Assembly: GCA_026415395.1 (NCBI GenBank)
Contig: JAOAHD010000003.1
Span: 135,195 to 199,194 of the forward strand
DNA: 64,000 nt
Direction: 5' to 3'
Source of the DNA: Candidatus Binatia bacterium
GTDB taxonomy: Bacteria; Desulfobacterota; Binatia; HRBIN30
In this document: one piece after another, positions 9,501 to 17,796 of the stretch
How the letters are laid out: each line of letters starts with the position of its first letter
How positions within the stretch are numbered: the first letter of the stretch is position 1
Notes under the pieces: model-generated
What the model was told of the DNA's origin: nothing
The model's input: only the letters and a program-made list of their open reading frames with translations
Databases searched by the model: none
Made by a program: the position numbers and the translations under genes

Positions 9501-10908
9501 GCTTGCTGATTTGGATCGTGACGGGAAACTAGAAGTGGCCGCGTCTTCCATGCTTGGTCCGGCGTACATTTTTCGGGCCACCGGAGAGTCGTTCCTGGGT
9601 AACGCCGCGGGCACAATCCCGCGCACCTTGGCTGCGGATGTCTTTGGGCCAGGTTCTCCGGCAGTTGATGGTCCCAGTTACCCAGCGTTGGGAGCTGTCG
9701 TTTTGGCCGAGATGTTGGGCCCCGGGCAAGGTTTTCAGGCGTTGGCTCCCACGGCTGGCCTGGGCAAGTTATTGGACGCGAATCTTCCAGCTCGCCAGTT
9801 CCCGGCGGAGAACCATTTGGCGATGTGGGACGTTATGTCCGAGGGACGGCTCGCCGATGTGGCAAAATTCCGCGTTGGCTACCCCCATGTAGTTAACGAT
9901 CTGCAATTTTTCGTAGCGCCTGTGGCTGCGGATATCACGGGCGACGGTATTGCCGAGGCGATAGCGGGTAGTGGTGTTTTCGACCTCTACGCGGTTGACG
10001 CTTTCGGCGCGGAGGCACCAGGGTGGCCGAAGTTTACCGGAGGGTGGAGCATTGGCTCACCAGCAGTTGGCGACTTGGATGCTGATGGCCGACTCGAAGT
10101 TGCTGCGGTAACGCGTGAGGGCGGCTTCTTTATCTTCCGAACCCAAGGTCGCAGTTGCGGTCACATCCCGTGGCGCCAATATCATCACGATCCTTGGAGT
10201 ACCGGGAACTACCACACGGACGCATGGTTGCCCGCTCCCCCTTTTGGGAGCGTGAGTCTTGTTGGTGAGAACGTAGTGGTCCTGTCAGGTCCGGCTACAC
10301 CGGGTGACGATTCATGGTGTGGGGCGCCTGCACGAATTGAGCTCCGAGCGTCGTTAGAACCCGTCGTTGGGCCGGACTCGTTTGAACGCGCAACCCTTTT
10401 GCCACTGACTTCTCCGCCTCAGGCTGCAGGACGCGACAATCCGCTTAGAGTCGGGGCACGGCTTCCCGAGGGCGTTTTTGGCCGACTGTACTTTGCTGCG
10501 CGCACAGAAGACGAGGCAGGAAACCGCTCCCGGATTGTGGACTTGGGGGTCGTGGAGGTGCTCGCACCGAGCCCAACGCAACCAAAGACGGCAACACCGT
10601 CGTCCACAATGAGTCCGCTCCCGACGCCCACAGAGGCGCCCACCGCAACCTCCACTGCTACGCTGACAGCTACGTTGCCTCCTCCCACACCCACGGTGAA
10701 TAGCCGCCTTCCAACCCCGACCCGCTCCGCAGTGGGCAACGCTGCAGCTCATCGAGACGACTCGGGAGCATGCGCGGTGGTCGGTGATGCTGAGAATGAT
10801 CGTGGCAGCGTCCTAATGCTGTTCCTGGTTGGACTCGCAATCGCCTGGTGCCGCCCGCGCCAATGGTGGGGAATCGGGTGGCGGAAGCCAAACTGCACGG
10901 ACGCTTAG
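6574..10908 (+). CDS. Large secreted subtilisin-like (S8) serine protease fused to FG-GAP/integrin-alpha-like beta-propeller repeats, a Pro/Thr-rich linker and a C-terminal hydrophobic anchor or sorting tail
   Basis: Shine-Dalgarno AAGGAG 5 nt before the ATG at 6574, followed by a signal-peptide-like MTKRDWWWAVVPAVVAYSLASGS. S8 catalytic motifs: Asp in AVLDSGI, His in EYGHGTGEAHD, Ser region STACSSEATGLASGIAG. Repeated FG-GAP signatures (VGDLDRDGQVEIVAAD, LGDLDGDGRLEVVAA, LADLDRDGKLEVAAS, VGDLDADGRLEVAAV). Pro/Thr linker at nt 10564-10728. Tail ...SGACAVVGDAENDRGSVLMLFLVGLAIAWCRPRQWW. Confidence 0.8.
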   Translation: MTKRDWWWAVVPAVVAYSLASGSRLSAEFPYPANPRPCGASQVDEGCIEARDFAAYLFLPEATPPLVPNDFTGGSSWKLGSGQTGNPEIDSSPQELFGVTGSSVDRAWQVTTGRPDVLIAVLDSGIRWHRQLPDLVGKFYLNRGELPIPENSSNEFDPWDRNRDGVFNVRDYEASGGWPQDSRVGDANGNGLLDPEDLIFLFSDGRDDDGNGYVDDISGWDFFEDDNDPLDEVEYGHGTGEAHDSTAEANNGGSVGTCPNCMALMVRVGDSFVAEVNAFARGVLFAVDSGASVIQEALGTLNHSSFGQAAIDYAYRRGVVVIASAADEESRHHNFPAAYERTVVVNSVTRFASIAGLTMEPQSYLYLNGCTNYGPQIALAVPSTACSSEATGLASGIAGLVQSAARNEVDRGRLTRYRTDTGKFAPYALSANEVKQLLIQSADDINFDARPDLGLPQNYQVSLALPQGIQSARFPSIAGFDQYFGYGRINARRAVELVREARIPPEAELWSPKWFTIVSPDQGSLEVEGRVAANRSQGFHWELAVAPGVQPAESDFVIVATGEEERARAGILGRIDLVDLAARMPHGAEGPPVAVGGQPDPDRYTVTVRLRVRDATGNFGEDRRAWFLHRDRDAFPGTPKRLGSDGAAAPVFVDVTGDGADDLVVATSEGTVHLFTGADLQEPPGWPVHTDPMEVHLDSPAFRSGELSVPHAPILGMPAVGDLDRDGQVEIVAADLYGKVYVWQANGQRRPGFPVRTHLEFSFPLRSEREQLPDMRLVPDRIHRLDPDNRLARGFVAGPVLGNLDSSEDGSLEIIAGAMDRHVYAWFSDGRPVPGWPVLLKDPTKVLSVDPVTNRVQLAPGAGQRMGTKIIVPPSLGDLDGDGRLEVVAAVNEAYRERMSAVITNVVLNFLQVGGALEGGNTRVYAIDSAGTNRGSRPVPFGWNAEAFLPGWPVKLAMLTTELLPVVGTGSNGPAALADLDRDGKLEVAASSMLGPAYIFRATGESFLGNAAGTIPRTLAADVFGPGSPAVDGPSYPALGAVVLAEMLGPGQGFQALAPTAGLGKLLDANLPARQFPAENHLAMWDVMSEGRLADVAKFRVGYPHVVNDLQFFVAPVAADITGDGIAEAIAGSGVFDLYAVDAFGAEAPGWPKFTGGWSIGSPAVGDLDADGRLEVAAVTREGGFFIFRTQGRSCGHIPWRQYHHDPWSTGNYHTDAWLPAPPFGSVSLVGENVVVLSGPATPGDDSWCGAPARIELRASLEPVVGPDSFERATLLPLTSPPQAAGRDNPLRVGARLPEGVFGRLYFAARTEDEAGNRSRIVDLGVVEVLAPSPTQPKTATPSSTMSPLPTPTEAPTATSTATLTATLPPPTPTVNSRLPTPTRSAVGNAAAHRDDSGACAVVGDAENDRGSVLMLFLVGLAIAWCRPRQWWGIGWRKPNCTDA

Positions 10909-11825
10909 CGGATCTTTGGATGGGCAAGCGTCCCGGATACGGTCACAGGGGCGTCGGGTTTGCCCCCTGCTGGTTTGGGCAGAAGTGCGAGCACCGCTTT
11001 TACGGTATCTGAGGCGCTCGTGCCTGGTGCAACCGTGAGGCGGAGATTGAGCAAACTTTCGCCGTATGGCTCTCGTAGCGTGATTTGGCCGCTGCCTTGT
11101 ATGATTAGGTCCCCCGAGGCTGAAATATCGGTGAGTTCCACCTTGCCGGGCGAGACGCGAATCTTGGACTTGACCTGCTTGAACTCTAAGTCCGGCACGG
11201 GCCACCCGCTGATTTTCGCCTGGCTGAGCCGGAGGTTGTCCACGACCAGCTCGCCGTTTGCCTGACCTTGTTGAAACGCGGTGCCACGGAGTTCAAAGGC
11301 GATATTCCCAGCGACCGCCCCAGTGATTTGGCCCTCTTCAAGCTGGCTCTGTAAGGCGCGATAGCGACCCAGTTGAACCCGCTGCCATGTGAGCACACCA
11401 TTAAGCCCGGCCTCACGATACTGCAGTGCACCGTCAAGCAACCCTCCGTACAGTTCGGCTCCGATCTTTGCCGCGTAGACGTTACCCCGGGCCCACTCTG
11501 ACCAAAGTGGCCTCGCCCACACGCTGGAGAGTTCGAGCAGTGGTGGTCGCCCATCTTCTGCCCCACCAATACGTAACCCAGTGAGCTGGTAGCCTTTCCA
11601 CACCGATAACCCTGCGCCTTGAACTCTCAGGGGCAGGGGGCCGCGGTCTAAACTGTGGAGGGCCCTTCGAATGAGGAGATCATGGGGAAACGTAAACGCC
11701 AAGGCGATCAAAAAGACCACGAAGGTGTATCCAGCATACAGCCAAAACAGCTTCCGGGTAAGGAATTCTGGAATGCCTAGTTGAGGGAGGGGGATGGGCC
11801 AGAATCGCATGGGCGACACTCTCAT
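10905..11825 (-). CDS. gspN: Type II secretion system protein GspN-like
   Basis: Its position is last in the gsp operon, after gspM. N-terminal transmembrane segment FWLYAGYTFVVFLIALAFTF and a periplasmic region of about 250 aa. The family assignment rests on context and architecture. The ORF track begins at a TTG at 11843; the ATG at 11825 is the more likely start. Confidence 0.45.
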   Translation of the reverse strand: MRVSPMRFWPIPLPQLGIPEFLTRKLFWLYAGYTFVVFLIALAFTFPHDLLIRRALHSLDRGPLPLRVQGAGLSVWKGYQLTGLRIGGAEDGRPPLLELSSVWARPLWSEWARGNVYAAKIGAELYGGLLDGALQYREAGLNGVLTWQRVQLGRYRALQSQLEEGQITGAVAGNIAFELRGTAFQQGQANGELVVDNLRLSQAKISGWPVPDLEFKQVKSKIRVSPGKVELTDISASGDLIIQGSGQITLREPYGESLLNLRLTVAPGTSASDTVKAVLALLPKPAGGKPDAPVTVSGTLAHPKIR

Positions 11826-11839
11826 CGGTACCGTGTGCC

Positions 11840-12442
11840 TCAACTCGCCGGTATGGGACGCTCGCTCGCCTTCTCTGCGGGTTTCTCGGCAGGCTTGAGC
11901 ACAGCGACAATAGCTTGAACGTCGAAGCTGTAGGGGTCGTTCATCCTCTTTTTGATAGCCACGCGGGAGAAGTGCAGCGGGTGTTCACCTTTTTCGACCC
12001 GATGCAGAAGATCCACGATTTGCGGCAGTGCGACTTGGGTCAGTTTGATTTCCACCATTTCTTCCAGAAACTCTGGAGCTTCTGGCTTCGGCCGCGTTGT
12101 GGGATTTAGGGAAACAATTTTTTCCCGGCTCACCGCCGCGGTGACGACTCCTTGTAAGTAACCCAGCAAATTGAAGTTCGGGTCAACTTCGGAGATGTCC
12201 CCGTACGCTTCGAGCTGTCGAAGCAGCTCAAGGTAGTATTCCCGCTCTCGTTGGAGCTCGGCGAGCTCCTTTTCTTTTAACGATAACCGGCGGGATAGTT
12301 GTTCCATACTTACCTGCAGGGGATCCCACACAAACGTGTACCCGAGGATCAACACTGTGGCGACCGCAGCGAAGACGAGAAGAACCCGCTCACGAGGTGC
12401 AAGTCGGTCATAATATCTCGAGAGTGAGCCAAAATCGAACAC
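11840..12442 (-). CDS. gspM: Type II secretion system protein GspM
   Basis: 200 aa, with an N-terminal transmembrane segment (RVLLVFAAVATVLILGYTFVW) and a coiled-coil/periplasmic domain. It sits between gspL and gspN, and its start overlaps the gspL stop. Confidence 0.6.
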   Translation of the reverse strand: MFDFGSLSRYYDRLAPRERVLLVFAAVATVLILGYTFVWDPLQVSMEQLSRRLSLKEKELAELQREREYYLELLRQLEAYGDISEVDPNFNLLGYLQGVVTAAVSREKIVSLNPTTRPKPEAPEFLEEMVEIKLTQVALPQIVDLLHRVEKGEHPLHFSRVAIKKRMNDPYSFDVQAIVAVLKPAEKPAEKASERPIPAS

Positions 12443-13959
12443 TAAATCCTCCCCGGAGAGCGGCTGGAAGCCGGTGACCCAGCCTTGTTCAGGGTGAGAA
12501 TCATGCGAAAGTCGACACGACCGTCCGGTGCGGTCTTAATATCCTTCACCTGCACGTCGGCAAAATATTTGCCGTTGGCGATGGCTTCACGGATCGCGTT
12601 CGGGGTGTCTAACGAGTCGGTGTGTGCGCGGATCTTAATTTCCTCTGTGTCCATCACATACTCATCGACCTCCAGCTTCAGGTGTTCTGGAACTGCCGTA
12701 CTAATCGCGTGAAGGGCGTCAATTGCAGTTGCACCACTCGGCGGCGCAACGCTCCCGAGTAGTTTGAGTCGTCTTTCCGCGGCTACGATTTCTTCTTTGA
12801 TTTGCCGGCCCTCATCGACGATGCGTTGCACGTCCGGCAGAGTTTGGCGGAACACGTAACGAATCTGGCTGTTGATTGCTGCAAGTTGGGCTTCCAGGAA
12901 ACGATAGTTTAAATACGTTTGGAGCACGAACAGACCGACGGCAAGCGCTCCAAGGCTCGCGGTTCCCCAGAGGGCACGCCGTAACTCTTCTTGGCCGCGA
13001 TGGTATGCAAACTCGCCCCTACGAAAATTTAGGCCATAACAACGGTCTGGTTGGATCTCCCTGAGGGCTAATCCGATCGGAGCAGCAAACCCGGCGATTT
13101 GGTCGCGTAAGGTACTTGGCAGACCCTTCAGGGGAGATTCTTGGATGCGGTTTACGACCAGGCCGAGTTGGTCTTGCAGTTCGCGGGAGAGCAAATCGAA
13201 GTAGATACCTTCCCCAACCAGCACGCAGGTCGTTCCCTCGTCGAGCGGTCCTCCATTGAGAGCGAACAGCGTCCAACGCAGCTCTGCGACGATGTCGTTG
13301 ATCGTGTTTTGCAGAACATCAAGGTGTCCATTGTCGCTGCTGGGGTGCTGCTCCCTTGTAACTTCAGGGGGGGTTATGGTCCGAAGTCCAACCAGTGTGC
13401 CGCCGCGATGAATGGCCACGGCCAGCCGGTCAATCTCCCCTCCAACGAACACAGCATGAGATGGCAAGGGCGCATCCAAAAGTTGCAGCACGTTGAGACT
13501 CGCGAGAGGTGCGAAGTCGACAATTTTCGGGTCAAGACCGGCAGCTTGTAAGGCCTGAAGGTGACCTTCGAGCTCCCCTCGGGGAACCAATGCCGCTAGG
13601 ACGTTACTGCCGTTCTTTTCCTTTGCCAGTACTTGGTACGCTATCACAACCTCGTCGAGATCGAACGGCACTTGAGTTTCCAGTTCGTAGGGAACCGTTT
13701 GTTCTAATCGCTTCCGATCCTTGAATGGGAGAAAAAATGTCCGGAGGGTGACAACTTCTCCAGGCAGCGAAGAGACCACCGTATGAGGAGAGAAACTTAT
13801 CTCAGCGAGGAAATTTCGCAGCTTGCCTTCGAGAGTGTCGGTCGAAGACAGAGGTAACTTGTGTAGTCCGACGATGCGGTAGTCGCGGAAGGAAGCCTCG
13901 ATCAGGGCTGCGCGAACCTCGTGGCTTTGAACTTCGAGAGCTAATACTCGCTGGGGCAT
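12442..13959 (-). CDS. gspL: Type II secretion system protein GspL (actin-like cytoplasmic domain, transmembrane helix, periplasmic domain)
   Basis: Architecture, size and position between gspK and gspM. PilM/GspL-like N-terminus MPQRVLALEVQSHEVRAALIE. Single transmembrane segment WGTASLGALAVGLFVLQTYL. Confidence 0.65.
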   Translation of the reverse strand: MPQRVLALEVQSHEVRAALIEASFRDYRIVGLHKLPLSSTDTLEGKLRNFLAEISFSPHTVVSSLPGEVVTLRTFFLPFKDRKRLEQTVPYELETQVPFDLDEVVIAYQVLAKEKNGSNVLAALVPRGELEGHLQALQAAGLDPKIVDFAPLASLNVLQLLDAPLPSHAVFVGGEIDRLAVAIHRGGTLVGLRTITPPEVTREQHPSSDNGHLDVLQNTINDIVAELRWTLFALNGGPLDEGTTCVLVGEGIYFDLLSRELQDQLGLVVNRIQESPLKGLPSTLRDQIAGFAAPIGLALREIQPDRCYGLNFRRGEFAYHRGQEELRRALWGTASLGALAVGLFVLQTYLNYRFLEAQLAAINSQIRYVFRQTLPDVQRIVDEGRQIKEEIVAAERRLKLLGSVAPPSGATAIDALHAISTAVPEHLKLEVDEYVMDTEEIKIRAHTDSLDTPNAIREAIANGKYFADVQVKDIKTAPDGRVDFRMILTLNKAGSPASSRSPGRI

Positions 13960-13983
13960 GGTCCTCTTGGCGCGTGTGCTCGG

Positions 13984-15168
13984 CTAAAATTCAACGAAGT
14001 CCGCGTTTTCTGCTTCGGGACGAAAAAGAACGGCGCCACCCTCCTTTTGCCAATATAGTCGTGTGAGCTTCCAACGCGTCACTGTACCACCGGTTGCGCC
14101 CGGCTGCACCTGTTTGGGATCCCGTCGAACGAGCATTACAGCGGACCGACTGATTCCTCCCATGCCAGTCATCGGATTCAAATTAACGATGGCTGTAGCT
14201 CGGATAGAGTAGACATTGCTTCGCGCGCCCAACATTGTACGAGCATTTCGGTATATGGGGTCCTGATTCGTTGAGGCCGAATTCACCAACGTAAGGACAC
14301 TGCTTGCTTGTAATACTTGGCTTTGCCGCTGCTGGATGATTTCGTCCACAACCTGCGCGTCCCCAATAATCGCATTGAGGACCTCGCGCGGGGCGGTATT
14401 CGCGTTTACCTGGCTCGGAAACGGCCACCCGTACGCTGTGACGTATGGCCGGAGGCGGCGCAATTCTTCTTGTGTGACGAATCCGGGAACGGCGGTAACC
14501 TCGTCTAGCGAGCCGAAGTACAATGTCGTTAATGGCGGAGGAGTGGCTGCCGCACCGGGGGTAAGTCCAGCGGGCGCGCCAGGAGTGGGTGTCGTGCCGG
14601 GCATGTTCGGACTTCCAATTGGTCCGAAGTACAGCTCGAACAGTTGGTTCCAATAATCGTCGAGAGCGGTGATTGCTTCCGGCCGGGAGTTCATCAAACG
14701 CCCGAGAGTAAATAGCCACGCCTGATACCTTTGGGGGGCCTGCTCTGGGTTGGGATTCAGGCGTCCCGCCCGCCACTCGGCTTGGGTCTGAGGTCTCGTC
14801 AAGTTGATGTTGACCTTTCCACTCTCATCCCAGATTTCTACGCGCAGGCGTGAGTTGGGTGGGAGAGCGATCAAACCTCCGCCGTCGTCAATCTGGCAAG
14901 CTTTGCCCTCCCGCGCCTGCAGTGGGCACCATTCTTCGAGGAACGAATCGGTGAGTGGGTCCTGATCTTGAACGAGCAAGGCTTCGCCCAACGTGATACC
15001 TGAACGCGCCAGCAGTGCCGCTTGCAGGCTGTGGACGGAGTTTCGAGCCATCCGCGCGTCGATTTCTGCCGAAAAGAAGAACTCGGTTACGGTGATCGTC
15101 AGGAGAGCGACCACCGCGAGCGCCATAACCAGCGCCACGCCGCGTTCCCGCTTTCTGAAATTAGCCAA
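13984..15168 (-). CDS. gspK: Type II secretion minor pseudopilin GspK
   Basis: GspK-type N-terminus RERGVALVMALAVVALLTITV. Shine-Dalgarno AGGAGG 8 nt upstream of a TTG at 15168, immediately after the gspJ stop. The ORF track extends to 15300. Confidence 0.7.
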   Translation of the reverse strand: MANFRKRERGVALVMALAVVALLTITVTEFFFSAEIDARMARNSVHSLQAALLARSGITLGEALLVQDQDPLTDSFLEEWCPLQAREGKACQIDDGGGLIALPPNSRLRVEIWDESGKVNINLTRPQTQAEWRAGRLNPNPEQAPQRYQAWLFTLGRLMNSRPEAITALDDYWNQLFELYFGPIGSPNMPGTTPTPGAPAGLTPGAAATPPPLTTLYFGSLDEVTAVPGFVTQEELRRLRPYVTAYGWPFPSQVNANTAPREVLNAIIGDAQVVDEIIQQRQSQVLQASSVLTLVNSASTNQDPIYRNARTMLGARSNVYSIRATAIVNLNPMTGMGGISRSAVMLVRRDPKQVQPGATGGTVTRWKLTRLYWQKEGGAVLFRPEAENADFVEF

Positions 15169-15913
15169 GTACAGCACCTCCTGGGCCCGGAGTTGGTGGG
15201 GGAACGTATAGAAGCAGGTCGACGCGGGTGCTGAACTCGACGTAGCCGCCACTGTTGTCGAACAGAAAGAGCTGGATTTCCACCACTGGTGGAAGGCCAA
15301 CGGGTGTTTGGCCCGGTTGCACGGGAACGGTTGTATCCCATGAATTCAGCCAAGAACCGGTGGCGGGATCCAGATACCGGAGGCGGAGCCCGGCAACGCG
15401 GTCCACTAAGTAGACGTCGCTGGTCAAAGCACTCGTGGCACTTTCGTTGACAGCGGAACTTTCGGACGTGGCTTGTGCGAGTGGGTCGAGCAGGATCTCC
15501 TCGTGACGTAGCAACGCAAAGGCCCGCGGGACGTCCGGCATCGGTTCGAGCAAGTAAGATACGAAGGTTCTCCCCCCACGCCGCCCACCGACACTGCGAT
15601 CGCGTTTGGTATCGATCACGAAACCAACCTGATCGGTGGGTACTGCGTCGTTTCCCGGTACTCCGATAAACCAGACGGCTCCCCGACTGGCGACGCCGGG
15701 AGCCAAGGCACGCTCGAGGTCGTCTGCCATCCGCATGACCGCATCTCTCCCCGCGGCGAAAAGTTCCGCACGTTCCTCCGCGCGCGCCTTGCCATCCAGT
15801 GTCCGCCACAGGACGCCGTAAACGGTGGTCGCCATGACCGCGAAAATGGTGATCGCGAGTAGCAATTCGAGCAGGGTGAAGCCTGCGGATGGCTTCTTAT
15901 TGTGCGGCATCAT
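15161..15913 (-). CDS. gspJ: Type II secretion minor pseudopilin GspJ (prepilin-type N-terminal methylation motif)
   Basis: GFTLLELLLAITIFAV, the class III signal of pseudopilins. Start MMPHNKKP lies just after the gspI stop. The ORF track extends to 16042. Confidence 0.7.
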   Translation of the reverse strand: MMPHNKKPSAGFTLLELLLAITIFAVMATTVYGVLWRTLDGKARAEERAELFAAGRDAVMRMADDLERALAPGVASRGAVWFIGVPGNDAVPTDQVGFVIDTKRDRSVGGRRGGRTFVSYLLEPMPDVPRAFALLRHEEILLDPLAQATSESSAVNESATSALTSDVYLVDRVAGLRLRYLDPATGSWLNSWDTTVPVQPGQTPVGLPPVVEIQLFLFDNSGGYVEFSTRVDLLLYVPPPTPGPGGAVLG

Positions 15914-16295
15914 GAACGAAGAATGTGACCTCGCAGGCATTAGGATTTCGAGGATCCCAGAATACCCGCAAAACGACTTGTCGCATGCCATCGAGCCCAG
16001 TTGGAAAGACCTCTTGATCGTAGAAGAAGCCGGGGTATCCATCGATCGGGCCGGCTTCGTTGCGGACGCTATCCAGCCCTTGCTGAAGCGCTTGGTAGTG
16101 CACTAGGCTGGCTCGCTCACGGGCGAGCAGAACGGCGCGGGCCAGATTTTGATCGTAAATAATCGTTGCAATGTTCCTTGCGTGCCAACCCAACAAAGTC
16201 ACGAAGGCAATGGCGATCACCGCCAACGCGATGAGCACCTCGAGCAGTGTGAACCCACAGGTGGCCTTCCTTTCGGGCTGGAGTTTATCTGGCAT
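15897..16295 (-). CDS. gspI: Type II secretion minor pseudopilin GspI
   Basis: CGFTLLEVLIALAVIAIAF N-terminal methylation motif. About 133 aa. The ATG at 16295 is 10 nt after the gspH stop. Confidence 0.7.
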   Translation of the reverse strand: MPDKLQPERKATCGFTLLEVLIALAVIAIAFVTLLGWHARNIATIIYDQNLARAVLLARERASLVHYQALQQGLDSVRNEAGPIDGYPGFFYDQEVFPTGLDGMRQVVLRVFWDPRNPNACEVTFFVHDAAQ

Positions 16296-16881
16296 AGCTG
16301 GGTTCCCAATAACCCAACTGGCCTCGTAACCTCTGAGCACGGGGATCGAACCACAACGTGTAAGCCTCGTGCGAGGTCGCAAGGTGAATCACCGTGGGCT
16401 CAGTGGTCCCGTCCGGATAAAAAAGGGTGAAGATGCTCCCTTGGGCAACTTTCACTCCTTCTAAGGGCAAGGCGACGTCGGAAATGAACACGTTGTCTCC
16501 CAGAGATACGCCCCGGGCGAGAGAGCCGACCTCAGAGACGAACTGAGCTAAATCCATACTTCCACTTTCATCCAGCGCGGCCCAGTACCGTTGCTGGTCG
16601 AGGTCGAAGTGCAGCCGGTAGGTCACACCGCTGAGCACGGCTTGGTTGCGCAAAAACCGGAACGTGAGCTGCAGCCGCTGTGCATGCGCAAGTAATTCGG
16701 CGCGCTCCCGGTTGCGAAAACGCGGAACGACCGCCACGAGCACCACGGATAGCAAAAGCAGGACGAGCGATAGCTCGATCAAGGTGAATCCGTGGTTGCC
16801 ACCGAACCATCCCCGCCTCGCTCGAGCGAGAGAGGGCCGAGCCGTCCCTATTTCCTGAGTGTGCGCGTCCAACCAGAGCAT
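16285..16881 (-). CDS. gspH: Type II secretion minor pseudopilin GspH
   Basis: HGFTLIELSLVLLLLSVVLV prepilin motif. 198 aa. An ATG at 16881 with an upstream GAGGG. Confidence 0.65.
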   Translation of the reverse strand: MLWLDAHTQEIGTARPSLARARRGWFGGNHGFTLIELSLVLLLLSVVLVAVVPRFRNRERAELLAHAQRLQLTFRFLRNQAVLSGVTYRLHFDLDQQRYWAALDESGSMDLAQFVSEVGSLARGVSLGDNVFISDVALPLEGVKVAQGSIFTLFYPDGTTEPTVIHLATSHEAYTLWFDPRAQRLRGQLGYWEPSYAR

Positions 16882-17294
16882 GGTTAAGCCCTCGCCTCGT
16901 GGGAGGCGATGGCGGACATCGCTGCGCCAGCTGGGGAATCATCCCTGCTTCCAAAGACTGCAATCACCGCAGAGGAAAAAAGTGACCAACGGAGCGCATC
17001 GGTAATCCAGGTGCTTTTCCAAGACGCGGTCAGGTCGCTTGTGGAGCCCCGTCGGCGTTCCCGACCGTGCCACAGAGAATCATGCAGATCAGCGCAAGGA
17101 CGAATGTTGAAGTAGACGCTTACTGGGGCCAGGGAGTGCTGCTCCGCACTGCACTCCAACAGACCGGATGAGCCATGCTTCGAGCCCAGCTTACTTTCTT
17201 GTGTGCTCGTGTTTGAGTCCCTGTCTTCCGACCAGTGAGGCGGACTGTCGTACAACAGCGGATCACCTCCCTGACCCAGCTGGTCGATCCGAGG

Positions 17295-17708
17295 TCAGCC
17301 GCGGTTGTCGATATCAGCGTTTTTCCCCTCCCCTCCTTCTTGTCCGTCTGCCCCGTACGACTTGATCACAACTGTGTTGCCATCCGAGAAGTACACGTAG
17401 GGGTTGCCCCATGGGTCAACCGGAATCTGCGCCAGATACCCGTCAGGATTCCAATTCCGTGCATTGGCAGGCCGCTGGACAAGTGCTTGAAGGCCATCCT
17501 GGGTGCTTGGGTAAAAACCGTTGTCTAGCTTGAACAGATTCAACGCTTGCTCAATCGCCTTGATATCGGCAGCTGCTTTGGTGCGTCGGGCCTCGTCGGT
17601 CCGACCGATAATTTTCGGCGCGACCAACGTAACGAGCAAACCGAGGATGAACACGACGACCATGATTTCGATCAGCGTGAATCCTGCGGCGTTTCTCAAC
17701 GAGCGCAT
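17295..17708 (-). CDS. gspG: Type II secretion major pseudopilin GspG
   Basis: AGFTLIEIMVVVFILGLL prepilin motif. Conserved GspG core (KAAADIKAIEQALNLFKLDNGFYPSTQDGLQAL...VDPWGNPYVY). Shine-Dalgarno AAGGAGG 7 nt upstream of the ATG at 17708. The ORF track start at 17807 is an over-extension. Confidence 0.85.
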   Translation of the reverse strand: MRSLRNAAGFTLIEIMVVVFILGLLVTLVAPKIIGRTDEARRTKAAADIKAIEQALNLFKLDNGFYPSTQDGLQALVQRPANARNWNPDGYLAQIPVDPWGNPYVYFSDGNTVVIKSYGADGQEGGEGKNADIDNRG

Positions 17709-17796
17709 CGTAAAACCTCCTTCGCGATGGACTCCATGCTTGTTCGCGTTCCAGTTTAGCGAGGGTAACACCAGAAAGTGCGTGCTCAAAGGACGC

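Noticed and set aside
16884-17255. 123-aa Ser-rich ORF in the gspG-gspH gap
   Set aside because: Lower GC, no third-position GC bias, no start-site signals, and hydrophilic low-complexity sequence. It is treated as non-coding regulatory DNA.
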